From a virus, in the IMG/VR virus record IMGVR_UViG_3300042520_001372: a stretch of 64,000 nucleotides of DNA; one strand, given 5' to 3'. This document shows positions 8,691-16,415 of this stretch, piece after piece. Below the pieces are notes generated by a model. It did not search any database. It was not told where the DNA came from and worked only from the letters and a program-made list of their open reading frames with translations. Each line of letters starts with the position of its first letter. Positions within the stretch are counted from its first letter, which is position 1. A program made the position numbers and the translations under genes.

Positions 8691-8693
8691 TCT

Positions 8694-9482
8694 TTAAATG
8701 AACGATTCTGCAAGCTCGTAAAGCTTCTCATTCAATTCAATATCTCTATTGAAGTTCTTGATAGACCTAGCCGTCTTATTTCGGCCGGTAGAGGCTTTGT
8801 ATTTAAAACCACCACGAACCATCTTCTCTTGAATCACATTAAAGACTGTCCAAAGATCATTCCCTTCATCCTCAGAACGAACAGGCTTAAGAATTTCCTC
8901 AGCCGTAACCTCAGCTCCACCTTCTCCAAATCTAATACCCAAAGCAGCTAAAGCCATCTCAACCTTCTGATCCTCAGTCAAAGTAACCTCTCTAAATTTA
9001 TTCAAGGTCTCAACAGTCACCGGTAAGGTTTCAACCAACCCCATAACCGTCTTCTTTAACTCCTCAAAAGAATAGCCCTTATGACGGATGGTCATAGAAC
9101 CGAAATCTTTGGTTGCAATAACCAACCCATTAGAACAAATCAATCTGAACAAACCGGCTCTGAACTGGAATGAAGAAAGACCATCGTGAGAGTTACTCAA
9201 TAGGATCTGAGGGTAAACAACCTCTCCATCCTCACTCTTAATAACTACATCGTCGTTTCTGAATACAACCATGTGCTTACTAAAGCTTCCACCCGCTTCA
9301 TCTTTGCGAGTCTTTCTTTGCTTTGCATCAACAACATTCCATCCCATCGTAGCCATATCACCGATTAAATCGATAGTGGGTACGTGAACATACTTTGAAG
9401 ATACTTTTGAAGAGACACCAGTCTCGAGAACTGCAGGGGCCATAATGGCGATCTGCTCTGTGGTTAAAAATGTGTTTTTCAT
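8694..9482 (-). CDS. DUF932/DUF945 family protein
   Basis: KHMVVFR...PQILLSNSHDG.SSFQFRAGLFRLICSNGLV...R.ED...LWTVFNVIQE; start corrected to MKNTFL. Confidence 0.85.
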   Translation of the reverse strand: MKNTFLTTEQIAIMAPAVLETGVSSKVSSKYVHVPTIDLIGDMATMGWNVVDAKQRKTRKDEAGGSFSKHMVVFRNDDVVIKSEDGEVVYPQILLSNSHDGLSSFQFRAGLFRLICSNGLVIATKDFGSMTIRHKGYSFEELKKTVMGLVETLPVTVETLNKFREVTLTEDQKVEMALAALGIRFGEGGAEVTAEEILKPVRSEDEGNDLWTVFNVIQEKMVRGGFKYKASTGRNKTARSIKNFNRDIELNEKLYELAESFI

Positions 9483-9735
9483 AACTGTTTTTATCTTATT
9501 GATACCTAAATATACGAATAAGCCTCCGAAGAAGCAACCTTTAGACAAAAAAAAATAACGACCATCCAAAGCATTTTTTGTGGCCACTATAGTGTTTCTG
9601 TAGGTTCTAGAAGCTTTTGATTGTTATTTTATTATGTGCCCTAAGCTCGTTTCCTTATGTAACGTCAATGTCTCTGTAGACTACATTAATAAATATGGTA
9701 AAAATAAAAAAAAGTGTTTGTCCCCTGAACTAATG

Positions 9736-9805
9736 TTCGTATCTTTAGGATGTCGGAAGATAGTACGAAGGGCGGCTCCAAAGGGGTTGAAGAAATCAGA
9801 CGTAG
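9736..9805 (+). ncRNA. promoter plus putative structured small RNA, copy B
   Basis: TTCGTATCTTTAGGATGTCGGAAGATAGTACGAAGGGCGG...TGAAGAAATCAGACGTAG, matches 8218-8288. Confidence 0.5.
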
Positions 9806-9819
9806 TTTGGGCCCTGGAA

Positions 9820-10045
9820 TAAGTGGTACTTTCAGTGGTACCTTACCACTCCCCCTAGAACCACATCCCCAAGTCTTCCCCAGCGGTTTCTTTTCCCAGA
9901 CCTCCCCCCCCCCATGTCCCGCCTGCGGCGGGTCTCCCCTTACCCCCCACTGTTCCTGCAGGTCTCCCCCCATGCCCGGGGCGGTACCTCGAGTCGATCG
10001 ACCGGCGAGTCTTGCGAAATCGACCGGAGCGGTACACATGCCGGT
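9820..10045. other. GC-rich, C-tract/palindrome-dense non-coding island (candidate terminus/packaging/origin core)
   Basis: Poly-C runs; hairpins AGTGGTA-CCT-TACCACT and CCCGCC-TGC-GGCGGG; closely spaced palindromes CCTGCAGG, CCCGGG, GGTACC, CTCGAG, GTCGATCGAC. Confidence 0.6.
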
Positions 10046-10252
10046 AAACTCTCCTAAATACTCTCCACTCTTCCCTTGTCTATTTTCTACACACCATTAC
10101 CATTCTTTTATATAGTACCATGTTATACCCACTACTAGTTAACACACATTACTTTTCATTACACACTTCCCATATCACCCTTACCCTTTATATTATGTTT
10201 TCTCATTGTCTTATAGTCTTACCATACGTCTATACTTATCTATAGTATACTC

Positions 10253-10426
10253 TACGGTTTAATAAGCTACGGTCGTCTAACACTACGGTTGACTCCTTAC
10301 GGTTTTCTTTACAGTTCCCTATACGGTTTACTCACTACGGTTGTCTAGTTCCTACGGTTACCTATCTTACGGTTACCTCTACCATACTATCCTACGGTTG
10401 ACTCTTCTACGATTTTCTATACGGTT
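10253..10426 (+). repeat. array of about 12 TACGGTT heptamers
   Basis: Copies at 10253, 10268, 10284, 10298, 10310, 10322, 10336, 10353, 10368, 10393, 10408, 10420 (three carry one mismatch). Confidence 0.85.
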
Positions 10427-10475
10427 TTCTTTATATTGGCTATACCCTGAATTACTCTACTCCTTCTTACTAGGT

Positions 10476-11012
10476 TCAATATTCATGTCTCATAGCTTTC
10501 TTTAATACCTTTCTTGCTTTATACAATTGTGATCGGACAGTTACATGCCCTACATTTAATTCCTTTGCTATCTCTGGTCCAGATAGTCCTTCAATACAGA
10601 ACATTTCAATCACTCTTTTATATCCCGGTGCTAAATTATCTATACATTTCATAACCACCTGTAAGTCCATAGGTGAATGAGTATCATTACATCTTCCTGG
10701 ATTTACTACGGTTACATCTTTCTGATATTGCTCATACTTTCTCTTCTTTATATGATTAAGTGCTGTGGTTATTACCACTCTACCACACCATGCTACTAAG
10801 TAATTATCATCCTTTAGTTGTCCAATATACCTAAAGATTCTTACAAAGCTATCACAGACTACATCATCTGTATCATCTACATTATTGACATACTTGTATG
10901 CTAGTTTTGAAAAGTATGCCTTATACCTAGTATAGAGAAGTGCTTTAGCACTCTCTGAACCTGCTTTAAGTTCTTGAGCTAGCTTAACCGTATCTACCTG
11001 TTCCTGTTCCAT
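10476..11012 (-). CDS. ECF-type RNA polymerase sigma-70 factor
   Basis: Region 2 (DDVVCDSFVRIF...W..R...T.ALN) and region 4 (L.PGYKRV...EGLS..EIA.ELNV...TVRSQL.KAR). Confidence 0.9.
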   Translation of the reverse strand: MEQEQVDTVKLAQELKAGSESAKALLYTRYKAYFSKLAYKYVNNVDDTDDVVCDSFVRIFRYIGQLKDDNYLVAWCGRVVITTALNHIKKRKYEQYQKDVTVVNPGRCNDTHSPMDLQVVMKCIDNLAPGYKRVIEMFCIEGLSGPEIAKELNVGHVTVRSQLYKARKVLKKAMRHEY

Positions 11013-11049
11013 CTACTTAATATACGAATCATATTTCAACTAAACAACT

Positions 11050-11075
11050 AAAAGAATGGGGCCCGTAGGCCCCTT
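11050..11075 (-). terminator. intrinsic terminator
   Basis: GGGGCC-TACG-GGCCCC-ATTCTTTT. Confidence 0.75.
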
Positions 11076-11136
11076 ACTCTTACTCATATCTTCTCCCCGT
11101 GTGGGGAAGTTCTTGAGAATTCGCGCGATCTTCTTT

Positions 11137-11493
11137 TTAATCTTGCGCTGGTTTTTTCTTAGCCGGACGCTTACGCTTTGCTTTTGGTTTCACAGCAGGG
11201 GCTTCTTGAGTTGTTACCATCTCCTGTACTGCTGCTTTAACTGCAGCCATTTCCTGTACTACTGCTTTAGCTGCTAATGCTTCTACTACTGCAGGAATCT
11301 CTTTTACAGCTACTACTGCAGGTTTAACTTTAGCTACGACCGGAGCAGGTTTTGCTACGGGAGCTTTTTGACGAAGAATTTCTTCTTCCATTTCAGCGAT
11401 TAACTCTTGACGAGTTTTTCTTGACTGAAGGTAGGCAGCGATTACCAAAATGATAAATGCGCCTACGATACCGAGTACGAGTACGTTTGTCAT
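11137..11493 (-). CDS. membrane-anchored A/V/K/P-rich protein
   Basis: N-terminal TM helix, low-complexity middle, basic tail. Confidence 0.7.
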   Translation of the reverse strand: MTNVLVLGIVGAFIILVIAAYLQSRKTRQELIAEMEEEILRQKAPVAKPAPVVAKVKPAVVAVKEIPAVVEALAAKAVVQEMAAVKAAVQEMVTTQEAPAVKPKAKRKRPAKKKPAQD

Positions 11494-11494
11494 A

Positions 11495-12418
11495 TTATTG
11501 TCTAAGTGTTTTTTTGTTTCTGTAATTTACATCTGTGAACATTGTTGGGATCATATCTGTATGAGTTGCTCTGATAGGATTAATATCCAATCCTCCTCTA
11601 CGGGTATACAAACAAGCTACCATCAAACGAGAAGGTTGATAAGCTTCTGTTAAATGCATAAACATCATCTCACAAATCTCTTCGTGGAAATGAGACACCT
11701 CTCTATGAGATACGATGTACTTTGCTAACGATTTGAAATCAGGAGCATTTGTTCCGGTAGTCTCAATCTCGATATAAACATCACCCCAGTCTGGTTGGTT
11801 GGTTACCCTACAGTTACTTCTCAAAAGGTTTGAAGTTATCTTAGTCGTAACTGCTACCTCATTAGGAGCTACTTCCATTGATTGCAACTGACTAGCATCT
11901 GAATGGAATGTATCGAAAGTTTCTTCGTCTAAATTAACTGCCTGGTCAAGGTGTATGTAATCTGTTCCAAACTCTACCTCAGGAGTAAACTCGTTCGTAA
12001 AGAACTTAACTTCAACTTCTGTCTGTAATAGTTTAGATAGATCTTTAGTGACCATCTGCTCAACTAAGTTAACACATTCGTGTGCTGTAGAACCCAAACG
12101 GGTCATGTTAAAGGAGTTCAAGTAAAGCTTGATTGACTTAGACTCTACGTGAGCAGGACTATCTGCCGGACAGTAGATCTTCATCATTCCGTTTACCGGA
12201 CGTCCATTCTCTGTGATTGCTGATACTTCATAAGCATTCCAAACATCACCGCCTACAAAGGGTAGGTCACCTTCTTTAATGCTGTAACTCTCTCGGTTGT
12301 AGTAGCGAGGTACTGCAACGAGAAGCTCAGGAGCATACGTTGACTTGTAACCCTCACCGCCTACCTTACCAAGGTGTTTGCCGGCAATTTCAATTACTGT
12401 ATTTTGATTATTATCCAT
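11495..12418 (-). CDS. queF: NADPH-dependent preQ0 reductase (bimodular QueF)
   Basis: VESKSIKLYLNSF, LLRSNCRVTNQPDWG, FHEEICE, YTRRGGLDINP. Confidence 0.95.
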   Translation of the reverse strand: MDNNQNTVIEIAGKHLGKVGGEGYKSTYAPELLVAVPRYYNRESYSIKEGDLPFVGGDVWNAYEVSAITENGRPVNGMMKIYCPADSPAHVESKSIKLYLNSFNMTRLGSTAHECVNLVEQMVTKDLSKLLQTEVEVKFFTNEFTPEVEFGTDYIHLDQAVNLDEETFDTFHSDASQLQSMEVAPNEVAVTTKITSNLLRSNCRVTNQPDWGDVYIEIETTGTNAPDFKSLAKYIVSHREVSHFHEEICEMMFMHLTEAYQPSRLMVACLYTRRGGLDINPIRATHTDMIPTMFTDVNYRNKKTLRQ

Positions 12419-12947
12419 GATTCTTTATTGTTGTATAAAATTTTTCTAATCTTTCTTCTACTGATCCTGTTAGGTATACTACAGGAACTTTTATATGCTT
12501 AATGTATCGTTCAAATAAGTCTACTATATCATCTCTGAATTGAGTATTAGTGCTCCTGGTTCCATCGTCTACGATATCGAATTCAGGCTTTAGATAGAAG
12601 ATATAATCATAGCGATCCTTGTAATGATTGAATACGTTCATAGAGTATTCCCATACCCACTTCTCAACACTACCTTGCTGGTATAACCAATGAGTATAAA
12701 CTACTCCGTCGATGACACATCTATCCATAATAGCATCAGTATACAGAGTATTCTTAATATGCTCATTCATAATTAGAAGCTGGGTAGTATTACCTCCTGC
12801 TTCGTTTATCTTCAAACCCTTCTTAACCATCCGGCGGGTAATCTCGTCGATGAATTCGTATTTGTACCTGAACTCCTCGTTCTGCTTAATTGCTTCTAGT
12901 AGAGTAGTCTTACCTGTTGATTGAGCTCCTGTAAATGATATTCTCAT
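12411..12947 (-). CDS. P-loop nucleotide kinase (AAA_28/dNMP kinase-like)
   Basis: GAQSTGKTT, DR..ID..VY, DDGTR. Confidence 0.8.
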   Translation of the reverse strand: MRISFTGAQSTGKTTLLEAIKQNEEFRYKYEFIDEITRRMVKKGLKINEAGGNTTQLLIMNEHIKNTLYTDAIMDRCVIDGVVYTHWLYQQGSVEKWVWEYSMNVFNHYKDRYDYIFYLKPEFDIVDDGTRSTNTQFRDDIVDLFERYIKHIKVPVVYLTGSVEERLEKFYTTIKNHG

Positions 12948-12974
12948 TAGTATTAATATACGAAGTTAATTTGA

Positions 12975-13520
12975 TTAAAGCCAATGTCTTTTAAGAAAGT
13001 TTACCCACATATCGACTGAGATGTTATGCAGCTTCTGAAACATTTCATCCATTGTAAGGTTCCTGATGCTTATCTGCTGAGATCTAACTACCGGACCATC
13101 ATCCACTCCTGCTGTTACTTGATGAATTACACAGCCGGAACTACTCAAATCTAGATTCCAGGCTTTCATCTGAGGATCTTTTCCTTTCAGTTCAGGGTAT
13201 TTAGTGATCAAACCAGGATGTCCATTGTAGATAGTTGAATACTCTTCAATCACTTCTGTAGGTATTACTCTTAACCATCCATGTAAGGTGATCACGTATG
13301 TATCAATACCGATTGCTTCTGCTAAGACGCTACGGTAGTCTTCTACGGTTGGTTGGTTCGGTAATGTTATAATATTTTTAGAGAGCACCTCTTGGTTTAT
13401 TTTCCTTAACCGGGCCGGTCTTTCATTGGTAATAATAACATCAGGCCATCGATCTAAATGATTACTTACTTCAGCAATCTCGTTGCCAGTCTGAGAGAAG
13501 AATGCAATCCACTTACCCAT
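12975..13520 (-). CDS. dpdN: PurN-like formyltransferase; probable preQ1 formyltransferase (DpdN-like)
   Basis: FFSQTG, LHGWLRVIP, NGHPG, GCVIH.V..GVDDGP; sits between the DpdA-like gene and queF; start corrected to MGKW. Confidence 0.75.
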   Translation of the reverse strand: MGKWIAFFSQTGNEIAEVSNHLDRWPDVIITNERPARLRKINQEVLSKNIITLPNQPTVEDYRSVLAEAIGIDTYVITLHGWLRVIPTEVIEEYSTIYNGHPGLITKYPELKGKDPQMKAWNLDLSSSGCVIHQVTAGVDDGPVVRSQQISIRNLTMDEMFQKLHNISVDMWVNFLKRHWL

Positions 13521-14304
13521 TCCACCATGCTTTAAAGACGTCAATATTCCAATCTAAGTTATGCTTGCTGATTTGGTCTGCCGGGTAGTTAATTAATTCA
13601 AATAGCTTCTGAGACTCTTTTGTCTTAAGCCCGGAGTGAGGATAAGGAATTCCTTTAATAGCATGTACTACTGGGTTAGAAGTATCCATTGAGTAAATCC
13701 AATCATATCCTTTGTAGAACTGACCTTCTTGAGGTAATGCACAACCGAGTAAGTGGTGAGGCTTTTGCTTATTAATAATACCGTCCTTCTCTAATCTGCC
13801 TAGCAAAGCAACTCTTCCTAGCATCCAGCTTACAAGCTTGTTCGGATTAGGAACTATTTTTTCATAGAGAGAATAATCAAAAGAGATTGCAATCATATCA
13901 ACATCCAGCTTGTCATCTAAAGTCTGATAGCATTCCACGATCTCCTCATAAGTCTTTCCTTGAACTACTGCAATACTTTTACCCTTAGCGGTTGGTCTAT
14001 GAAACTGATTCCATACGTAAGCATTAAAGATTGTTGTCTTTGCATCCTCTAAAGCATCTGGGATGATGTACCAGGTAGGCTCAAGCTTATTATTCCATTC
14101 GAAGAACTTCTTCATATCAAAAGCCTCTCCTAATTCAAAGATTGAATTATCTAAAATAACTTCTCGTTCTTTACAGGCTTCAACAAAGGCTTCTTTATAG
14201 GCTTCACTCTCCTCTAACAAATGAACTAAGCAGTAATCGTAATCAGTCTTAGTTTGAACGTAAGAGAATAAATCGATAGGAGATTCGTGCGCTATCTTAA
14301 TCAT
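13513..14304 (-). CDS. dpdA: TGT-fold 7-deazaguanine transglycosylase (DpdA/DpdA3-like)
   Basis: ILDNS, IIPD, AVVQG, HHLLG, SMDTS motifs of TGT/DpdA barrels; in operon with folE and queF. Confidence 0.75.
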   Translation of the reverse strand: MIKIAHESPIDLFSYVQTKTDYDYCLVHLLEESEAYKEAFVEACKEREVILDNSIFELGEAFDMKKFFEWNNKLEPTWYIIPDALEDAKTTIFNAYVWNQFHRPTAKGKSIAVVQGKTYEEIVECYQTLDDKLDVDMIAISFDYSLYEKIVPNPNKLVSWMLGRVALLGRLEKDGIINKQKPHHLLGCALPQEGQFYKGYDWIYSMDTSNPVVHAIKGIPYPHSGLKTKESQKLFELINYPADQISKHNLDWNIDVFKAWWNG

Positions 14305-14981
14305 TACTTGCAGCTATATCCTTTAACGAATTCGTAAAACTCTGCTCTTGCTGAATCTTCCATCATGAAGCATCCTGATAACTTTGAAGTTTTCATAGAA
14401 GCTCCTGCATGCTTTACTCCTCTGCAAGATACGCAATTGTGGGTTGCTTCGACCATTACAGCTACTCCCTGATTACCTTCACAAATCTTATTCACTGCGT
14501 TATGGACTGCAACTGTATATTGTTCTTGGATTGTTCCTCTTCTTCCGAAGTATTCAACAATCCTATTTAGCTTTGATAAACCGACAACCTTACCTTCTGG
14601 AGAAGGAATGTAACCGATATGAACCCGGCCTTGGATTGTTTGGTGATGATGAGAACACATAGAGGTAATTGGAATATTGCCTTCAAATACCATTCCGTCG
14701 TATCCATCTGAAGGAAATGCAGTAACGTTATCCATCATATCGTAACGTCCTTTCCATAAATCGAATACGTATGCTTTTGCTACCCTGCGAGGAGTATCAG
14801 AAGAGTTAGGATCATTCTTCCAATCACAACCTAATGCATCTAGAAACTTTCCGTAAGCATCTGCTGCCTTATCAACCATCTTCCATTTCTCTTTTTCGGT
14901 GAACGGATAACCGGGTGCCTTGCCGTTAGCAAAGCCCATGCTCGCTAATTCAAGACCGTCTGAAAATTCTTTTAAATCCAT
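14304..14981 (-). CDS. folE: GTP cyclohydrolase I
   Basis: DTPRRVAK, SMCSHH, GLSKLNR, IQE, H.C...RGV. Confidence 0.96.
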   Translation of the reverse strand: MDLKEFSDGLELASMGFANGKAPGYPFTEKEKWKMVDKAADAYGKFLDALGCDWKNDPNSSDTPRRVAKAYVFDLWKGRYDMMDNVTAFPSDGYDGMVFEGNIPITSMCSHHHQTIQGRVHIGYIPSPEGKVVGLSKLNRIVEYFGRRGTIQEQYTVAVHNAVNKICEGNQGVAVMVEATHNCVSCRGVKHAGASMKTSKLSGCFMMEDSARAEFYEFVKGYSCK

Positions 14982-15017
14982 AAATATAATATAGTAACTT
15001 TTGTTTTAGTATGCAAC

Positions 15018-15344
15018 TTATAATCCAGCAACGGAAGTTCTTTCTGCTTCTACTCTAGTCTCTCCTCCTTGGTAGATGATCTTACCTTTCTCATGCTCGT
15101 GAGGATTACAGCGGATATTAGTCTTATAGAAGTATACAGGACCATTATACTCGAAAGTCTCGCTACCTAAATGCTCTCCTAATGCTATCCCTTTCGGGCC
15201 AGAGATTCTTCTCGGTCCATTAAACGATCTGAAATCAATATCTAATGCTCGGTACCACTTACCGTTATTCATTTGAATTTCATGTGCCCATGCGGTATTA
15301 AAATCAAATTCTAATTTACCAGTATTGCCTCTTTTTTCTCCCAT
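15018..15344 (-). CDS. hypothetical protein (leaderless)
   Basis: Early-type promoter at 15343 abuts the ATG; FRSFNGPRRI motif. Confidence 0.75.
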   Translation of the reverse strand: MGEKRGNTGKLEFDFNTAWAHEIQMNNGKWYRALDIDFRSFNGPRRISGPKGIALGEHLGSETFEYNGPVYFYKTNIRCNPHEHEKGKIIYQGGETRVEAERTSVAGL

Positions 15345-15359
15345 GCCTAAAGATACGAA

Positions 15360-15566
15360 TTAATCTGGGAGTAAGCCAGCTTTTTCTACTGCAGTCCAAA
15401 CTCTAGTCTTCCAAAGATCTATTCTTATTCCTTCAATCTCCTGGAGTCCGTTTATGGTTTCTTTCGATAGGTGAACAATACATAAATCAAACATTCTATC
15501 TGCTTGTGCAATGTTACCTTCTTTTGCAAATTTTCTACCTAGTTTATATTTTTCCTTTAATGTCAT
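15360..15566 (-). CDS. hypothetical protein
   Basis: In-operon ORF. Confidence 0.65.
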   Translation of the reverse strand: MTLKEKYKLGRKFAKEGNIAQADRMFDLCIVHLSKETINGLQEIEGIRIDLWKTRVWTAVEKAGLLPD

Positions 15567-15570
15567 AACT

Positions 15571-15777
15571 TTAGTTTTTATAACGAACTGATTTAAACTG
15601 CATTTCTTCCTCTGCCATCTGGTAATCTAAGCAAAGGAATACACATAAGTCACGCAGCTGTTGAGGGTAAATGAGAGCCATCTCTACCAGCAGTTCGTCT
15701 TCCATTGATTCAAATACATGACTGAAGCTTTCAATCTCTTCAGGGTGCTCTTGAGGTGTTTTCTTAATCTTCTTCAT
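15571..15777 (-). CDS. hypothetical protein
   Basis: In-operon ORF. Confidence 0.65.
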   Translation of the reverse strand: MKKIKKTPQEHPEEIESFSHVFESMEDELLVEMALIYPQQLRDLCVFLCLDYQMAEEEMQFKSVRYKN

Positions 15778-15879
15778 AAGCTACGTAGGTCTTTTTCATC
15801 ACAGGCTTTGGCTTCCTTGTCTTAAAGGAGTCTAACCATGTTTTCAAAACGTGTAGCTTTTGGTGGTTTGATGTTTTGC

Positions 15880-16407
15880 TCATATTTTAATCCATTTATT
15901 TTTATAGTCCTTATTTGATGCTGCGTACTGAGCGTAACCGTTTCTGATAGGTCGGCCGGAGTTATAAGCACCGCATGCTAACATCCAATCACCATGCATT
16001 GAGTACCACTTACGGAGCATCTGCATACTGATCTTAACATTCAAATCAATATTAGTCTTTAATTCTTTCTCACTCAATCGCTTCCTAACATAAGGCCTAG
16101 CCCATCGAGTAATAATCTGCATCGGACCAACAGCACCTGCGAATGAGGTCTGGTATGGGTTATAATCAAAATCAAAAGGACCTTGGTATCTAGTCTCTAA
16201 GTAAGCAACGTTGTATGCAATATGCTTCGGTATCTTTAAACTATCACTCCAGTGCTCAATCGACTCATACATCTGGAGTGAGATAGTTCCGTTAGCTAAA
16301 TCTAAACGTTCTTCAAAGTAATCCAGGCGTTGATTGAAGTTAATATACATCAACCCAATAACTCCCAAGAGAATAATTAAATACCAGTTTCTTACTTTAG
16401 CAAACAT
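15880..16407 (-). CDS. lytic transglycosylase (SLT domain) with N-terminal membrane anchor
   Basis: Catalytic ET, S.AGAVGPMQI, N...G/S...L, AYNSG. Confidence 0.88.
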   Translation of the reverse strand: MFAKVRNWYLIILLGVIGLMYINFNQRLDYFEERLDLANGTISLQMYESIEHWSDSLKIPKHIAYNVAYLETRYQGPFDFDYNPYQTSFAGAVGPMQIITRWARPYVRKRLSEKELKTNIDLNVKISMQMLRKWYSMHGDWMLACGAYNSGRPIRNGYAQYAASNKDYKNKWIKI

Positions 16408-16415
16408 CCTTTAGT

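Larger units (their letters stand above)
2209..9518 (-). promoter_or_regulatory. array of 17 early promoter motifs (TTC[G/T/A]TAT[C/A]TTTAG[G/A]TAT), often fused to terminator hairpins
   Basis: Copies start (plus coordinates) at 2209, 2526, 2891, 3214, 4098, 4354, 5115, 5527, 6026, 6481, 6779, 7114, 7514, 7940, 8143, 8620, 9502; resemble Bacteroidota -7 TAnnTTTG, often with (G)TTG about 20 nt upstream. Confidence 0.9.

Noticed and set aside
2209-9518. CRISPR-array interpretation of the early-region repeats
   Set aside because: The spacers are 200-900-bp genes, the repeats are promoter-like, and there is no cas operon
9634-10115. ORFs 9634-9822, 9686-10039, 9750-10115 and 9855-10037
   Set aside because: Open frames are explained by local high GC; Pro/Gly-rich composition is unlike other genes. 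9750-10115 has a promoter-adjacent ATG, but its paralogous copy stops after 13 codons
10253-10426. Mini-CRISPR or tandem UACG-tetraloop hairpins
   Set aside because: The unit is only 7 bp with 5-10-bp spacers, and the flanks give at most 2-3 bp of stem
11495-14981. Queuosine tRNA-modification or folate/purine auxiliary metabolism as the purpose of folE, queF and the purN-like gene
   Set aside because: No queA/queG/queH or other pur/fol genes, and the TGT-fold protein is short and lacks the tRNA-TGT zinc motif. DNA modification fits better, though it is unproven
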